Shown piece by piece: positions 26,646-35,375 of a DNA stretch of 64,000 bases. Numbering within the stretch: position 1 is the stretch's first letter; each line of letters begins with the position of its first letter. Source of the DNA: an uncultured Ignavibacteriales bacterium (GTDB lineage: Bacteria; Zixibacteria; MSB-5A5; GN15; FEB-12); the NCBI GenBank assembly GCA_964416195.1, contig CAYQDB010000001.1:26875-90874 (forward strand), read 5' to 3'. The position numbers and the translations under genes were made by a program. A model generated the notes under the pieces. The model worked only from the letters and a program-made list of their open reading frames with translations, was not told the DNA's origin and ran no database searches.

Positions 26646-27845
26646 ATGCAAACAGGGCCTATGCGAATCATTGCATTCACAATCGTCTTGATATTAACAG
26701 CGGCAACGTTGTCGGCATCAATTGTCAACAACTCAACCTCATCACCAACCGCCGAGGATTCGCTGTCGTTTGTTTTTTACTCACTGGACAGCATCGGCAA
26801 TCCGACGACAGCGGACTCGCTATATATCCTGGTAACAGGACCAACTGGAACGGTGGTATACAAAGACTCGGTAGCGTCTTCTGACAGCCGCATCACCTCC
26901 ACCACCGTCAGGGGAAAGCAGTTCTACTCGTTTGCGGAGCAGGTGTCCGATATTGACGGTTCGGGCGCTGCCGGACACTATGTTATCACCCTACTGGCCA
27001 AGAAAAACAACGGGGATCTTCTCACTCCGAATACATACTCGTTCCAGATCATCAGCGAGGAGCTGTCCGACCAGATAGCGCTCATAGGAGACTCCGTGTA
27101 TGTGAAGGGTGGGGCAGTCGATTCCAACCGCACGGAAATGGGCGGTTCAGGAGATTCCACGTCCATGGCTCGCTGGGTCTGGAACGCCCCTCAGATAAAC
27201 CACACTACAAGCGGCAGCTTCGGCAAGTATCTCGACACCGAGGTCTCAGGAATAAGCGGCGGCGCGGGGGCCTATTCATTCACGGTCGTAACCTTTGATT
27301 CTTCCGTCAGCCAGACCGTCCCACAGGCAGCCCTCGCGGTGCGTAATGTGAGCCAGACCTCGCTCATAGCAACCGGCAGAACCGGCAACGAGGGCACGGC
27401 AATGTTTAACCTCGATGCCGATAGCTTTGTCGTAGTGGCGACAGCCCCGGGCTATTCCTTTGACGCCTACGACACCATCGTCGTCAGCGGGACGGGAAGC
27501 GATACCATCTTCGGAGACCAGTTTGATCCGGGGTCTCCATCAGCACCGCAGTTGTGTCGCGTGTATGGTTTCCTGTACGATATCACCGGGCAGCCGGAAG
27601 AGGGGGCTTCGGTAACAGCATGTCTTCCTTCAGGGGTGGTGCAATATGTAGTAGTGGTTGTGTCACCCTACTCAGTTTCAACAACTACCGACAGCTCCGG
27701 TTACTTCTACCTCGACCTGATACCATCGGACTCACTCATCCCCCCCGGCACTAAGTACGAGTTTACGATAAGCCGTACCGATGGAACGATTCTCAGGCAA
27801 CGCCTAACAGTGCCTGATTCTACGCAATGGCGACTGACATGGTAG
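26646..27845 (+). CDS. Secreted beta-rich protein resembling phage fibre/structural proteins, with carboxypeptidase-regulatory-like domains
   Basis: Signal peptide MRIIAFTIVLILTAATLSA; VWNAPQINHTTSGSFGKYLD and TTDSSGYFYLDLIP motifs. Confidence 0.6.
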   Translation: MQTGPMRIIAFTIVLILTAATLSASIVNNSTSSPTAEDSLSFVFYSLDSIGNPTTADSLYILVTGPTGTVVYKDSVASSDSRITSTTVRGKQFYSFAEQVSDIDGSGAAGHYVITLLAKKNNGDLLTPNTYSFQIISEELSDQIALIGDSVYVKGGAVDSNRTEMGGSGDSTSMARWVWNAPQINHTTSGSFGKYLDTEVSGISGGAGAYSFTVVTFDSSVSQTVPQAALAVRNVSQTSLIATGRTGNEGTAMFNLDADSFVVVATAPGYSFDAYDTIVVSGTGSDTIFGDQFDPGSPSAPQLCRVYGFLYDITGQPEEGASVTACLPSGVVQYVVVVVSPYSVSTTTDSSGYFYLDLIPSDSLIPPGTKYEFTISRTDGTILRQRLTVPDSTQWRLTW

Positions 27846-27897
27846 AGTATCTCGGTAAAAGATAAACATTAACGATTTCAACAGAAGGAGGAACAAA

Positions 27898-28200
27898 GTG
27901 GAAGCACTATTGTCGGATCCGGGTTCATGGGTCGGTATATTGGGCTCAGTGGCGATGTTGCTGGCCGGCTTTGCCGCAAACAAGTATGTCATTCCCTTCC
28001 TCAAGGTAGGCAGAAGGCAGCAATACGCCCATTTCATTGCCACGATTGCTGATGAAGTAACCGATGATCTGAGGAACAAATACCCGGACAAGAAGTGGCT
28101 CAAGCACCTTGACGAGGCGGTCGACCGTTTGATTGCTATTTGCGGAATATCGTCGGAGATCGCCAGACGGGCGATCAGCGCTGCAGCGGCTCGCAAGTAG
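27898..28200 (+). CDS. Holin-like membrane protein (LL-H-like architecture)
   Basis: AAGGAGG RBS, GTG start, one N-terminal TM then helical charged tail; last gene of the cluster. Confidence 0.55.
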   Translation: MEALLSDPGSWVGILGSVAMLLAGFAANKYVIPFLKVGRRQQYAHFIATIADEVTDDLRNKYPDKKWLKHLDEAVDRLIAICGISSEIARRAISAAAARK

Positions 28201-28225
28201 ACAAACCGTCCATAACAGAAACAAT

Positions 28226-28270
28226 GGCGTCAGGTAATATCTTACCCTGCTGGATAAGACCTGACGCTAC
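28226..28270. repeat. REP-like hairpin / terminator at right end of the cluster
   Basis: GGCGTCAGGT...ACCTGACGCTAC followed by an A-run; same core as 12432-12457. Confidence 0.6.
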
Positions 28271-28342
28271 ATTAAAAAAAGCACATCTCAGTCTTTTACT
28301 CAAAAGGTTTCAGAGTTTCTGACGAGACACACCATACTGTAA

Positions 28343-29125
28343 TCACTCAGCTTCCTTCATGTTGGTCTCTGGAATATGAAAGCCACACATTGCAAACTGC
28401 TCAAGCAGATTCTTTGGTGAAGCCTCCCACTGCCCCCATTTCCGAGAAATATGTTCAGTCCACCCATAGTTGGTAAAAGTGAATGTTTCTTTACGGTCCG
28501 TTTCCAGAGGAATCTTGTAGTTTGCTTCGCGGTAGTAGTCCTGGGCAATATATCCTTCATCCATTTCCATCATCGCTTTAGTGATCATTTCCTCACTGAA
28601 CTCAGGGTATTTATCTTCAAAGAGAACAAAGTCCATAGGATATCGCGGTCGAGAAGCCGGGTTTTCCGCCGGGTATCCCATAGCTAATCGTACCAATGGG
28701 AACACACGTTTGGGCAACTCATACTCCTTTACGATTCTTTCAATTATATTAGGAAAGATTCCCAAAAAGCAGCTCCCCAATCCCAGACTCTCAGCCGCCA
28801 TTACCATATTTTCTGCCATCAAAGAGGCATCTTGAATTCCAAACAGCAGCAAGAGAAGGTCATTCGTAACCATCTGCCAGTGTCGTCTGGCCATGATGTG
28901 TTCCAGCTTATGGAAATCGACACAAATCGTAAACAACAAGGGTGCTTTGAAGGGATGTTTGTCTTTATTGCGTGACAGCAATAGACTGTATAGCTGAGAA
29001 GCAAACGGAGCCTGTTGTCCGGCTCGAACAATGGCTGCTATGACCTCGTCAGATGGTGATTCATCATTGTATTGACGAATTGATTTGCGATTAAGCATAG
29101 CTTCGATTATTGGGTTATTGATCAT
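28343..29125 (-). CDS. Nitroreductase family protein (NfsA/FRP-like)
   Basis: NRKSIRQY, AGQQAPFAS, AAESLGLGSCFLG, LAMGYP and SRPRYP motifs. Confidence 0.9.
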   Translation of the reverse strand: MINNPIIEAMLNRKSIRQYNDESPSDEVIAAIVRAGQQAPFASQLYSLLLSRNKDKHPFKAPLLFTICVDFHKLEHIMARRHWQMVTNDLLLLLFGIQDASLMAENMVMAAESLGLGSCFLGIFPNIIERIVKEYELPKRVFPLVRLAMGYPAENPASRPRYPMDFVLFEDKYPEFSEEMITKAMMEMDEGYIAQDYYREANYKIPLETDRKETFTFTNYGWTEHISRKWGQWEASPKNLLEQFAMCGFHIPETNMKEAE

Positions 29126-29361
29126 GATATGTCCTTTCTATTTGGGACAATGGTGGTTGTCGATCTTAGAAAAAATATGTAACAAAGTAAGTTCGGCTAC
29201 CGAGAGCTGTCAATCTTTTCCTTACCCCTTGGAGTATTGCAGAGTTCCGTCGGGCCACACCTCGCCGGGGGCGAACCAAGACCTGACGTAACGAGCAAAA
29301 CGTACGCCGGCCACATGTGCGCTCATGGAGTGGCAGGATAAGCCGGAGTGTTCGGCCACAC

Positions 29362-31506
29362 TCAATAGCAGGGCGTTCCGGCAGTGCCAAACAGGTAGTT
29401 CATGTAGTAGACAACATCGGCGATGTTGACATTGTTGTCGCAATTGGCGTCGGCTCGACCGGCCCCTCCGACAGGCGGGGGACCATCTAACGCTATAAAC
29501 TGCAGCAGATAGTCAAGATCAAGGATGTTAGCGTCACCGTCATTGTTATAGTCACCGGGAGTATAAGATTGCGAGCAGTTGTATCTAAACAGCACCACCT
29601 GCGATCCATATAACCCGCCGGCGTCCTGCCCGACGCTGCGGAAGAAATACGGGTTATCTTCAGTCAACCCGAATGGTGTCCAGGGTAGCGACCAGCCATC
29701 GGCCCCGCTGAAATCCGCTCCGATGAAGCTCCGCGAAACAGTCCAATCATTGGCCATAAGCGACATCATCAGATCCACGCGCTGCCAACCCCCATTGAAG
29801 TAGACTTCGTTTATGCTGAGGTTGTTGCGCATAGGCACGTTTATCATAGTTCCCGTAAGTGGGTTGGATACCCGGACAAGATAACTGCCATCCGGTTGTT
29901 GCCATTCGCTGAAGCCATCAACTGCCAGCCAGACGCCCGGCGTTCCCCCCAGCCCAATTATCACGGCTTTCTCTTCCTCCTCAACCCAGGCGCGAAGAAG
30001 AAAATAGTCGGGGTTTCTCTGGTATTCAAAAGAGAGGTGATTGCCATGCGTCACGGAGTAATCTTTGATCCCTTGAAGCAGGTTTTCGTCGTAGGTGCCG
30101 AGATTTTCTCTCGTCTCAAATTTCTCCGCCAAGCGTTCGGCCACCGTGTCGATAGGAAGGATATCAAAGCCCTGTTTCATCAGTTGCTCGTAACCTCGGT
30201 CGAACCAGAGTTTGATGGCGATAGCGGCTGCCACCGGCCCGCAGTAGTAATCGCCGAATTCACCGTTGGCGGCATGGTTGCCGTCACCGGGATTGCCGTT
30301 GGCATCTCCCAGCGTCGACTGGTCCAGCGTCACCATACCGGCAGAGTAATCTGTCTGAGCTTCGCGCTTAAATACCTGTATGAATGAGAGGTCTTCGTCG
30401 CTTGTGGTCATGAGAAGCTCTAATGGCGTGCAGAAATCCGAACCGTTGGGCGGAGAAGTTACAGTGGGAATTGGTGGTGTCGGTTCAATGTAGACGGTTA
30501 TGCTGTCAGAGGAACTTCGCCCCAAAGTATCATAGGCGGTTGCACGCAGGGTATGTATGCCTTCAGAGACTGAGGAGAAATAGCAATTGAAGCTGAATCC
30601 ATCGCCGCTGCCGGGGTTATTGACGCCATCACGCAATGGCCTCAGACCGTCATAGTCGCGCCCGATTTCAGAATAACCGCCGCCTGAGGAACACTCAAAA
30701 GAAACATAGTCGATGATCTCCGAGCCGGACGTATCCCAGGCCCACAGATCGACAGAACCAAAGAGGGTGTCGCTATTACCGGGCGCTACGAAGGTGAGGG
30801 CCGGAGCAGGCTGGTAACCGCCATTTCCACCGGGGAAACCGACGGCATACAGCACCAGGCGTCCCGGGAAGTTCCAGAATTCATTGTTGTTCAGATCAAC
30901 AAAGCCGATGCTCTCATCCCAGATGTTGTACGATGTGCATAAAACGGAAATATCGTCGATGATGACAGCGGGACTGTCGGCCGGATCAAGGGCGTTACTT
31001 ATAAAGAACCCGGCGAAAAAAGGACCATTCACTACGTACGGCGAATCCAACGGTACCCATATCTCATACAGTCCCGTTCCCGGTATCTGGACCTGGTACT
31101 CACTGGAGATGGCCAGCAGGTTGCCGGGAAAAGGACAACCAGGCTGTGTGTTATCTACACCCTCGATATCAACCGAGACTCCCATTGGGGTAGAGCCGAA
31201 AAAGTATATCGGCATGACGATTTCCGTCACAGCAAACGGATATGGTCCCTCGCAACTGGCAGCGGGATCAAGATATCCCTTGTATAATTCGTTTCCCGTA
31301 ACCCAACCATCGATTTTCCACACCATCCCACTGTCATGGCGAACAACGCAGGAATCAGCTGTCGCCAGAGAGGGTCTGATTCGTATGTCCTGTGACGGCA
31401 AGTCGCCAATTCTGACCAGCTTAGCTTCTTTCCGCTGGTCGGCGTTGGTTTGTGCAACAAGCAGTAAGAGAACCAGACTACTTATGATGACTGGCAGACG
31501 TGGCAT
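29362..31506 (-). CDS. Secreted protein with Ig-like, C39-peptidase-like and C-terminal dockerin-like domains
   Basis: Signal peptide; YCGPVAAA; duplicated GDYNNDG / ADANCDN calcium-loop repeats at the C-terminus. Confidence 0.75.
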   Translation of the reverse strand: MPRLPVIISSLVLLLLVAQTNADQRKEAKLVRIGDLPSQDIRIRPSLATADSCVVRHDSGMVWKIDGWVTGNELYKGYLDPAASCEGPYPFAVTEIVMPIYFFGSTPMGVSVDIEGVDNTQPGCPFPGNLLAISSEYQVQIPGTGLYEIWVPLDSPYVVNGPFFAGFFISNALDPADSPAVIIDDISVLCTSYNIWDESIGFVDLNNNEFWNFPGRLVLYAVGFPGGNGGYQPAPALTFVAPGNSDTLFGSVDLWAWDTSGSEIIDYVSFECSSGGGYSEIGRDYDGLRPLRDGVNNPGSGDGFSFNCYFSSVSEGIHTLRATAYDTLGRSSSDSITVYIEPTPPIPTVTSPPNGSDFCTPLELLMTTSDEDLSFIQVFKREAQTDYSAGMVTLDQSTLGDANGNPGDGNHAANGEFGDYYCGPVAAAIAIKLWFDRGYEQLMKQGFDILPIDTVAERLAEKFETRENLGTYDENLLQGIKDYSVTHGNHLSFEYQRNPDYFLLRAWVEEEEKAVIIGLGGTPGVWLAVDGFSEWQQPDGSYLVRVSNPLTGTMINVPMRNNLSINEVYFNGGWQRVDLMMSLMANDWTVSRSFIGADFSGADGWSLPWTPFGLTEDNPYFFRSVGQDAGGLYGSQVVLFRYNCSQSYTPGDYNNDGDANILDLDYLLQFIALDGPPPVGGAGRADANCDNNVNIADVVYYMNYLFGTAGTPCY

Positions 31507-31630
31507 CAGGTATCTCCTCATCCTGTTGAGTCTTTGCCTTTCTCTTGATTATCGAGCGTTTTGGCATATACTTGATGGGAAAAAACGGACAGAACGTGAC
31601 TTTGCGAGCATTGAGTACCCGGCACAGCCC

Positions 31631-32506
31631 ATGAAAAAGCATCTTGGCGACAACCAGATTAAGCGTAAACCGGCCTGGCTAAGGGTAAAAGCCTTCACCG
31701 GCCCGAGTTACGGCCACGTCAGCCGCCTGCTCAAACGTCACGGGTTGAACACTGTCTGTCAGGCGGCAAACTGCCCCAATCGAGGTGAGTGCTTTGCTCG
31801 AGGGACAGCAACGTTCCTGATTTTGGGGCCTGTTTGCACGCGCAATTGTCGCTTCTGTAATATAAAATCTGGAAAACCTGAGCCGCCAGATAAGAGCGAG
31901 CCGAGGAGGGTCGCCGAAGCAGCCCGTGAGATGAAACTCAAGCACGTTGTTATAACCTCGGTAACTCGTGATGATCTGCCTGACGGCGGCGCGGCCCAGT
32001 TTGCTGAAACAGTCCGCCAACACAGATGGTCCCTTCCAGAGGCGACCGTTGAAATACTGACGCCGGACTTCAGGGGTTCCTTCGAAGCCTGGGGGATAAT
32101 CCCTGATAGTCCCCCCGATGTCTTCAATCACAACATTGAAACAGTACCACGGCTCTATCCACTGGTCAGGCCCTCTGCTGACTATCAGCGTTCACTGAGA
32201 TTGCTTGAGTGGATGCAGGAGAATTCAAAAGCGGTTATTAAATCCGGCCTTATGGTTGGTCTGGGGGAATCGTCTGACGAACTCAAACTAGTGTTTGCAG
32301 ACCTGGCTCGAAACGGGGTGTCAATCCTGACTATTGGCCAGTACCTGGCTCCGTCAAAACAACATTTCCCGGTAGCCGCCTACCTGCATCCGGAGGAGTT
32401 TGTCCGGCTGGGGGAAGAGGCCCAAGAAGCAGGTATACGGACCGTAGTTTCAGCGCCCCTGGTGCGCTCGTCTTACCAGGCGGATATTGCCCTTTCCCAA
32501 CTGTAG
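31631..32506 (+). CDS. lipA: Lipoyl synthase
   Basis: KPAWL, CQAANCPNRGEC, radical SAM CTRNCRFC, NHNIETV and RSSY; true start ATG 31631. Confidence 0.95.
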   Translation: MKKHLGDNQIKRKPAWLRVKAFTGPSYGHVSRLLKRHGLNTVCQAANCPNRGECFARGTATFLILGPVCTRNCRFCNIKSGKPEPPDKSEPRRVAEAAREMKLKHVVITSVTRDDLPDGGAAQFAETVRQHRWSLPEATVEILTPDFRGSFEAWGIIPDSPPDVFNHNIETVPRLYPLVRPSADYQRSLRLLEWMQENSKAVIKSGLMVGLGESSDELKLVFADLARNGVSILTIGQYLAPSKQHFPVAAYLHPEEFVRLGEEAQEAGIRTVVSAPLVRSSYQADIALSQL

Positions 32507-32613
32507 GTCTGTTCCTGTCGCGATCAATCTTTATACAAAAGCCGTTCGACCGGTGGCCTTTCATAGCCTCTGTCCGATAGATGCATTGTGGCCCTAGCCT
32601 CGAAAGGACAACA

Positions 32614-34128
32614 ATGAAAGACAACAAGAAGACCAACATCTTGGTGGTTGATGATGAGAAGCATATTTGCGAGATCATAGTCGAGGCTGTCTCATCTGAG
32701 AACTTCCATATTGTCTCTCTCTCGGATCCACAACAGGCCCTGGAGTATATCAAAAAGCATCCGGTCGACCTTGTTCTCACTGATCTGATCATGGGAGAAT
32801 ACTCCGGGGTACAGATTCTTGAGGCCGCCCTTGCCAATCACAGCGACGTAGTGGTTGTACTGATGACCGCTTATCCGACGGTGCAGACGGCTATTTCGGT
32901 ACTGAAAAAGGGCGCTTTTGATTTCCTGGTCAAACCCTTCAAGTTGGATCTGTTGAAAGCGACGGTCAATCGAGGTCTCAGGCATCAGAGGATTGTACGA
33001 GAGAACCTGCGCCTAAAGGAGCGGGTGGAGTTTCTCAAGATTGCCAACGCTTCCCAGACCGGAATTCAGATCGGTGAGTTTCTGAAATTGGTAGTCAGCG
33101 CCTGCAAAAGGGAAATGTCGGCCAGCGCGGCCGGCTTAATCGAGATCCACCCGCAAAGCAAAGAACCTCTGCGAAAAATATGCGACTCCGAGGAGCAAGA
33201 GTATAACGGCGAGGTACTTGACGAGACGACACTCCAGCAGTTCGCCTACACGAAGAGCGCCAAGCCTGTGATTCAGACGGAGGCAGTAACAAAAGAAAAC
33301 GGGGCAGCCATAAGAACATTTATTTCTCAACCCATTTTCATCCAGCGTCAGCTCCATGGCGTAATCAACCTTCTAATACAAACACGCTTCGACGATGTCA
33401 CTCCTGGCCAGTTGGATGTTCTAACAATTTTGACCAACTCAGCGGCGTCAGCCATGGCCAACCATCAGCTATACCAGGACCTGCAGTCCTCATACCTGCA
33501 AGCCATCCAGGGTCTGGCAAAGGCGATCGAGGCGCGTGACAAGTGCACAGCCGGACATACCGATCGCGTCTCCAAGCTGGCAGGACTGGTGGCGCATCGC
33601 CTAGGGTGGAATGATTCACAAGTTAATGACCTCGCAATGGGTTGTTCATTGCACGACATTGGGAAAATAGGCGTGCCTGACTCAGTCCTGAATAAGATAA
33701 CCAAACTCACCGAGAAGGAACGCCGCTTGATGAACAACCACCCCAAGATGGGGCTCAAGATTATCCAGGGTATTGACTTGTTCAAACCGGCTATTCCCTA
33801 CATCATAGCCCACCACGAGCGATATAATGGGACGGGTTATCCTCGGGGGCTGAAAGGTGAAGATATTCCAATAGAAGGACGACTACTGGCTGTTGTGGAC
33901 GCCTTCGACGCCATCATGGCCAATCGGCCATATCGAAAGGGGGCCAACCTCAAAGTAGCGATCTCAGAGCTGATCGCCTATAGGGGAATACAGTTCGATC
34001 CCAAGATCGTGGACGTCTTCGTTGAGGTGTTGCTGGAGGAGCAGATTGATTTTCGGCAGATGTACGGTAGAGACGAAGACCCCAGCTTTTTGCACGAATT
34101 GCCGATCAGTGAAAAGGTACCGGTGTAA
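32614..34128 (+). CDS. Response regulator-GAF-HD-GYP c-di-GMP phosphodiesterase (RpfG-like)
   Basis: REC (VVDDE, LTDLIM, LVKPF); HD-GYP (GHTDRV, LHDIGKIG, HHERYNGTGYP, DAFDA). Confidence 0.9.
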   Translation: MKDNKKTNILVVDDEKHICEIIVEAVSSENFHIVSLSDPQQALEYIKKHPVDLVLTDLIMGEYSGVQILEAALANHSDVVVVLMTAYPTVQTAISVLKKGAFDFLVKPFKLDLLKATVNRGLRHQRIVRENLRLKERVEFLKIANASQTGIQIGEFLKLVVSACKREMSASAAGLIEIHPQSKEPLRKICDSEEQEYNGEVLDETTLQQFAYTKSAKPVIQTEAVTKENGAAIRTFISQPIFIQRQLHGVINLLIQTRFDDVTPGQLDVLTILTNSAASAMANHQLYQDLQSSYLQAIQGLAKAIEARDKCTAGHTDRVSKLAGLVAHRLGWNDSQVNDLAMGCSLHDIGKIGVPDSVLNKITKLTEKERRLMNNHPKMGLKIIQGIDLFKPAIPYIIAHHERYNGTGYPRGLKGEDIPIEGRLLAVVDAFDAIMANRPYRKGANLKVAISELIAYRGIQFDPKIVDVFVEVLLEEQIDFRQMYGRDEDPSFLHELPISEKVPV

Positions 34129-35275
34129 ACGAGAGCACCAGTATAACCAGTGAAGTTATCCCCATGGCCATAGCCACGCCTCCCGGCTGTCGACTGTCAT
34201 CCAGTGTGGGAGGGTGTTTTACCCCAAAGAAGAGCCCAAAAGCGGCAAAGAACCACCACATCAATGACTGAAATCCCAGGACAATCAGCGCCACCATGGC
34301 AATACGAGCCAGAAAGAACTGCCTGCGCCGACCCAGTCCATACAGAATATGGCCGCCATCCAATTGACCGATCGGCAGCAGGTTTATTGCCGTGACGAGC
34401 ATACCGACCCATCCCGCGAAGGCCACCTCGGACAGCATATAGTAAGAGCCCTGTGGAGCCTCTCCCACCAGCCCAAGGGTGGCTATGCGCATGATGATTG
34501 ACTCCCCGTCAAGCGAGAAAACCATATCTTTGAGAGTAAACGCTTCAAGCGGCAGGCAAGCCGACTGCGATAAACCCCACAACAGCCAGCCAATCGCCAC
34601 CACCCACCCGGCGATAGGTCCGGCCGCGCCGACCTCGATCAGGTCGCGTCTATTCCAGAAGGGAGATTTCGATGTAATTACGGCTCCAAACGTGCCAATG
34701 ATATTTGGCGCAGGGATAAAGTACGGCCATGACGTAATAATGTTCCGACGTCGGCTGGCGATGAAATGGCCCATTTCGTGGACGAAAAGAATAGAAATGA
34801 GCGCCAGCGTGAACACTATGCCGGCTCCGTGAGCCAGGTCGTGCAATGTAGCGTGGAACGTAAGAGGTATGGCGTCCAGGGTCAAACGCATCTCTTCTAA
34901 GAAAGTCTGCGGTGGGATTGCTGCCTGTTTCACGAGGCGATACATGATCGGAGGGAGGTTGCGCAGGAAGACCGGAACGAAATAGACCGAGAAAAGCGTC
35001 AGGACAAACAGGACCACGTTTGTAGTCGGGATTCTGAAGTGTTGTTTCGGGTCTATGGTCAGGAACAAGGCCTGTTCACCTTCGGTGAGCGTGAACTTGT
35101 AGCCGGCCAGTTTGAGCCGATCTTTTATCAGCGGCACCGATCTTCGCCGGTCGAAACGGCACGTGAGACTGAAAACGAGACTTTCGCGTTGCCTGTAAAC
35201 GGCCTGGACCTCAAATAAATCGTCCAATAGAGCGGAAACGCTTGCGGTGTTTTTGTCAACCTCGGAATTCTTCAT
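34106..35275 (-). CDS. Site-2 protease family (M50) metalloprotease
   Basis: HEMGH and NLLPIGQLDGGH motifs with multiple TM helices. Confidence 0.92.
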   Translation of the reverse strand: MKNSEVDKNTASVSALLDDLFEVQAVYRQRESLVFSLTCRFDRRRSVPLIKDRLKLAGYKFTLTEGEQALFLTIDPKQHFRIPTTNVVLFVLTLFSVYFVPVFLRNLPPIMYRLVKQAAIPPQTFLEEMRLTLDAIPLTFHATLHDLAHGAGIVFTLALISILFVHEMGHFIASRRRNIITSWPYFIPAPNIIGTFGAVITSKSPFWNRRDLIEVGAAGPIAGWVVAIGWLLWGLSQSACLPLEAFTLKDMVFSLDGESIIMRIATLGLVGEAPQGSYYMLSEVAFAGWVGMLVTAINLLPIGQLDGGHILYGLGRRRQFFLARIAMVALIVLGFQSLMWWFFAAFGLFFGVKHPPTLDDSRQPGGVAMAMGITSLVILVLSFTPVPFH

Positions 35276-35313
35276 GCTGGTGCTATAATAATGCCGCCGG
35301 CAGCTTGGGGACA

Positions 35314-35352
35314 CAAAAAAAGAAGCGAGGAACAAATCCTCGCTTCTTATTT
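35314..35352 (-). terminator. Rho-independent terminator after the 1659-aa gene
   Basis: AAGAAGCGAGG-loop-CCTCGCTTCTT with a T-run on the minus strand. Confidence 0.8.
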
Positions 35353-35375
35353 ATGCGTAACTGAACTTCTTCGAT

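Larger units (their letters stand above)
15158..28200 (+). mobile_element. Phage-derived head (capsid/packaging) gene cluster, GTA-like or domesticated; no integrase, replication or long-tail genes seen
   Basis: Co-oriented portal, TerL, protease, decoration, MCP, adaptor-like and holin-like genes; flanked directly by host-type genes. Confidence 0.8.

Noticed and set aside
15158-28200. Intact inducible prophage
   Set aside because: No integrase, repressor, replication, tape-measure or tail-tube genes, no endolysin, and no att-like direct repeats or tRNA at the borders
30884-31630. 540-aa ORF-track extension of lipA
   Set aside because: Overlaps a real minus-strand gene; LipA homology starts near ATG 31631
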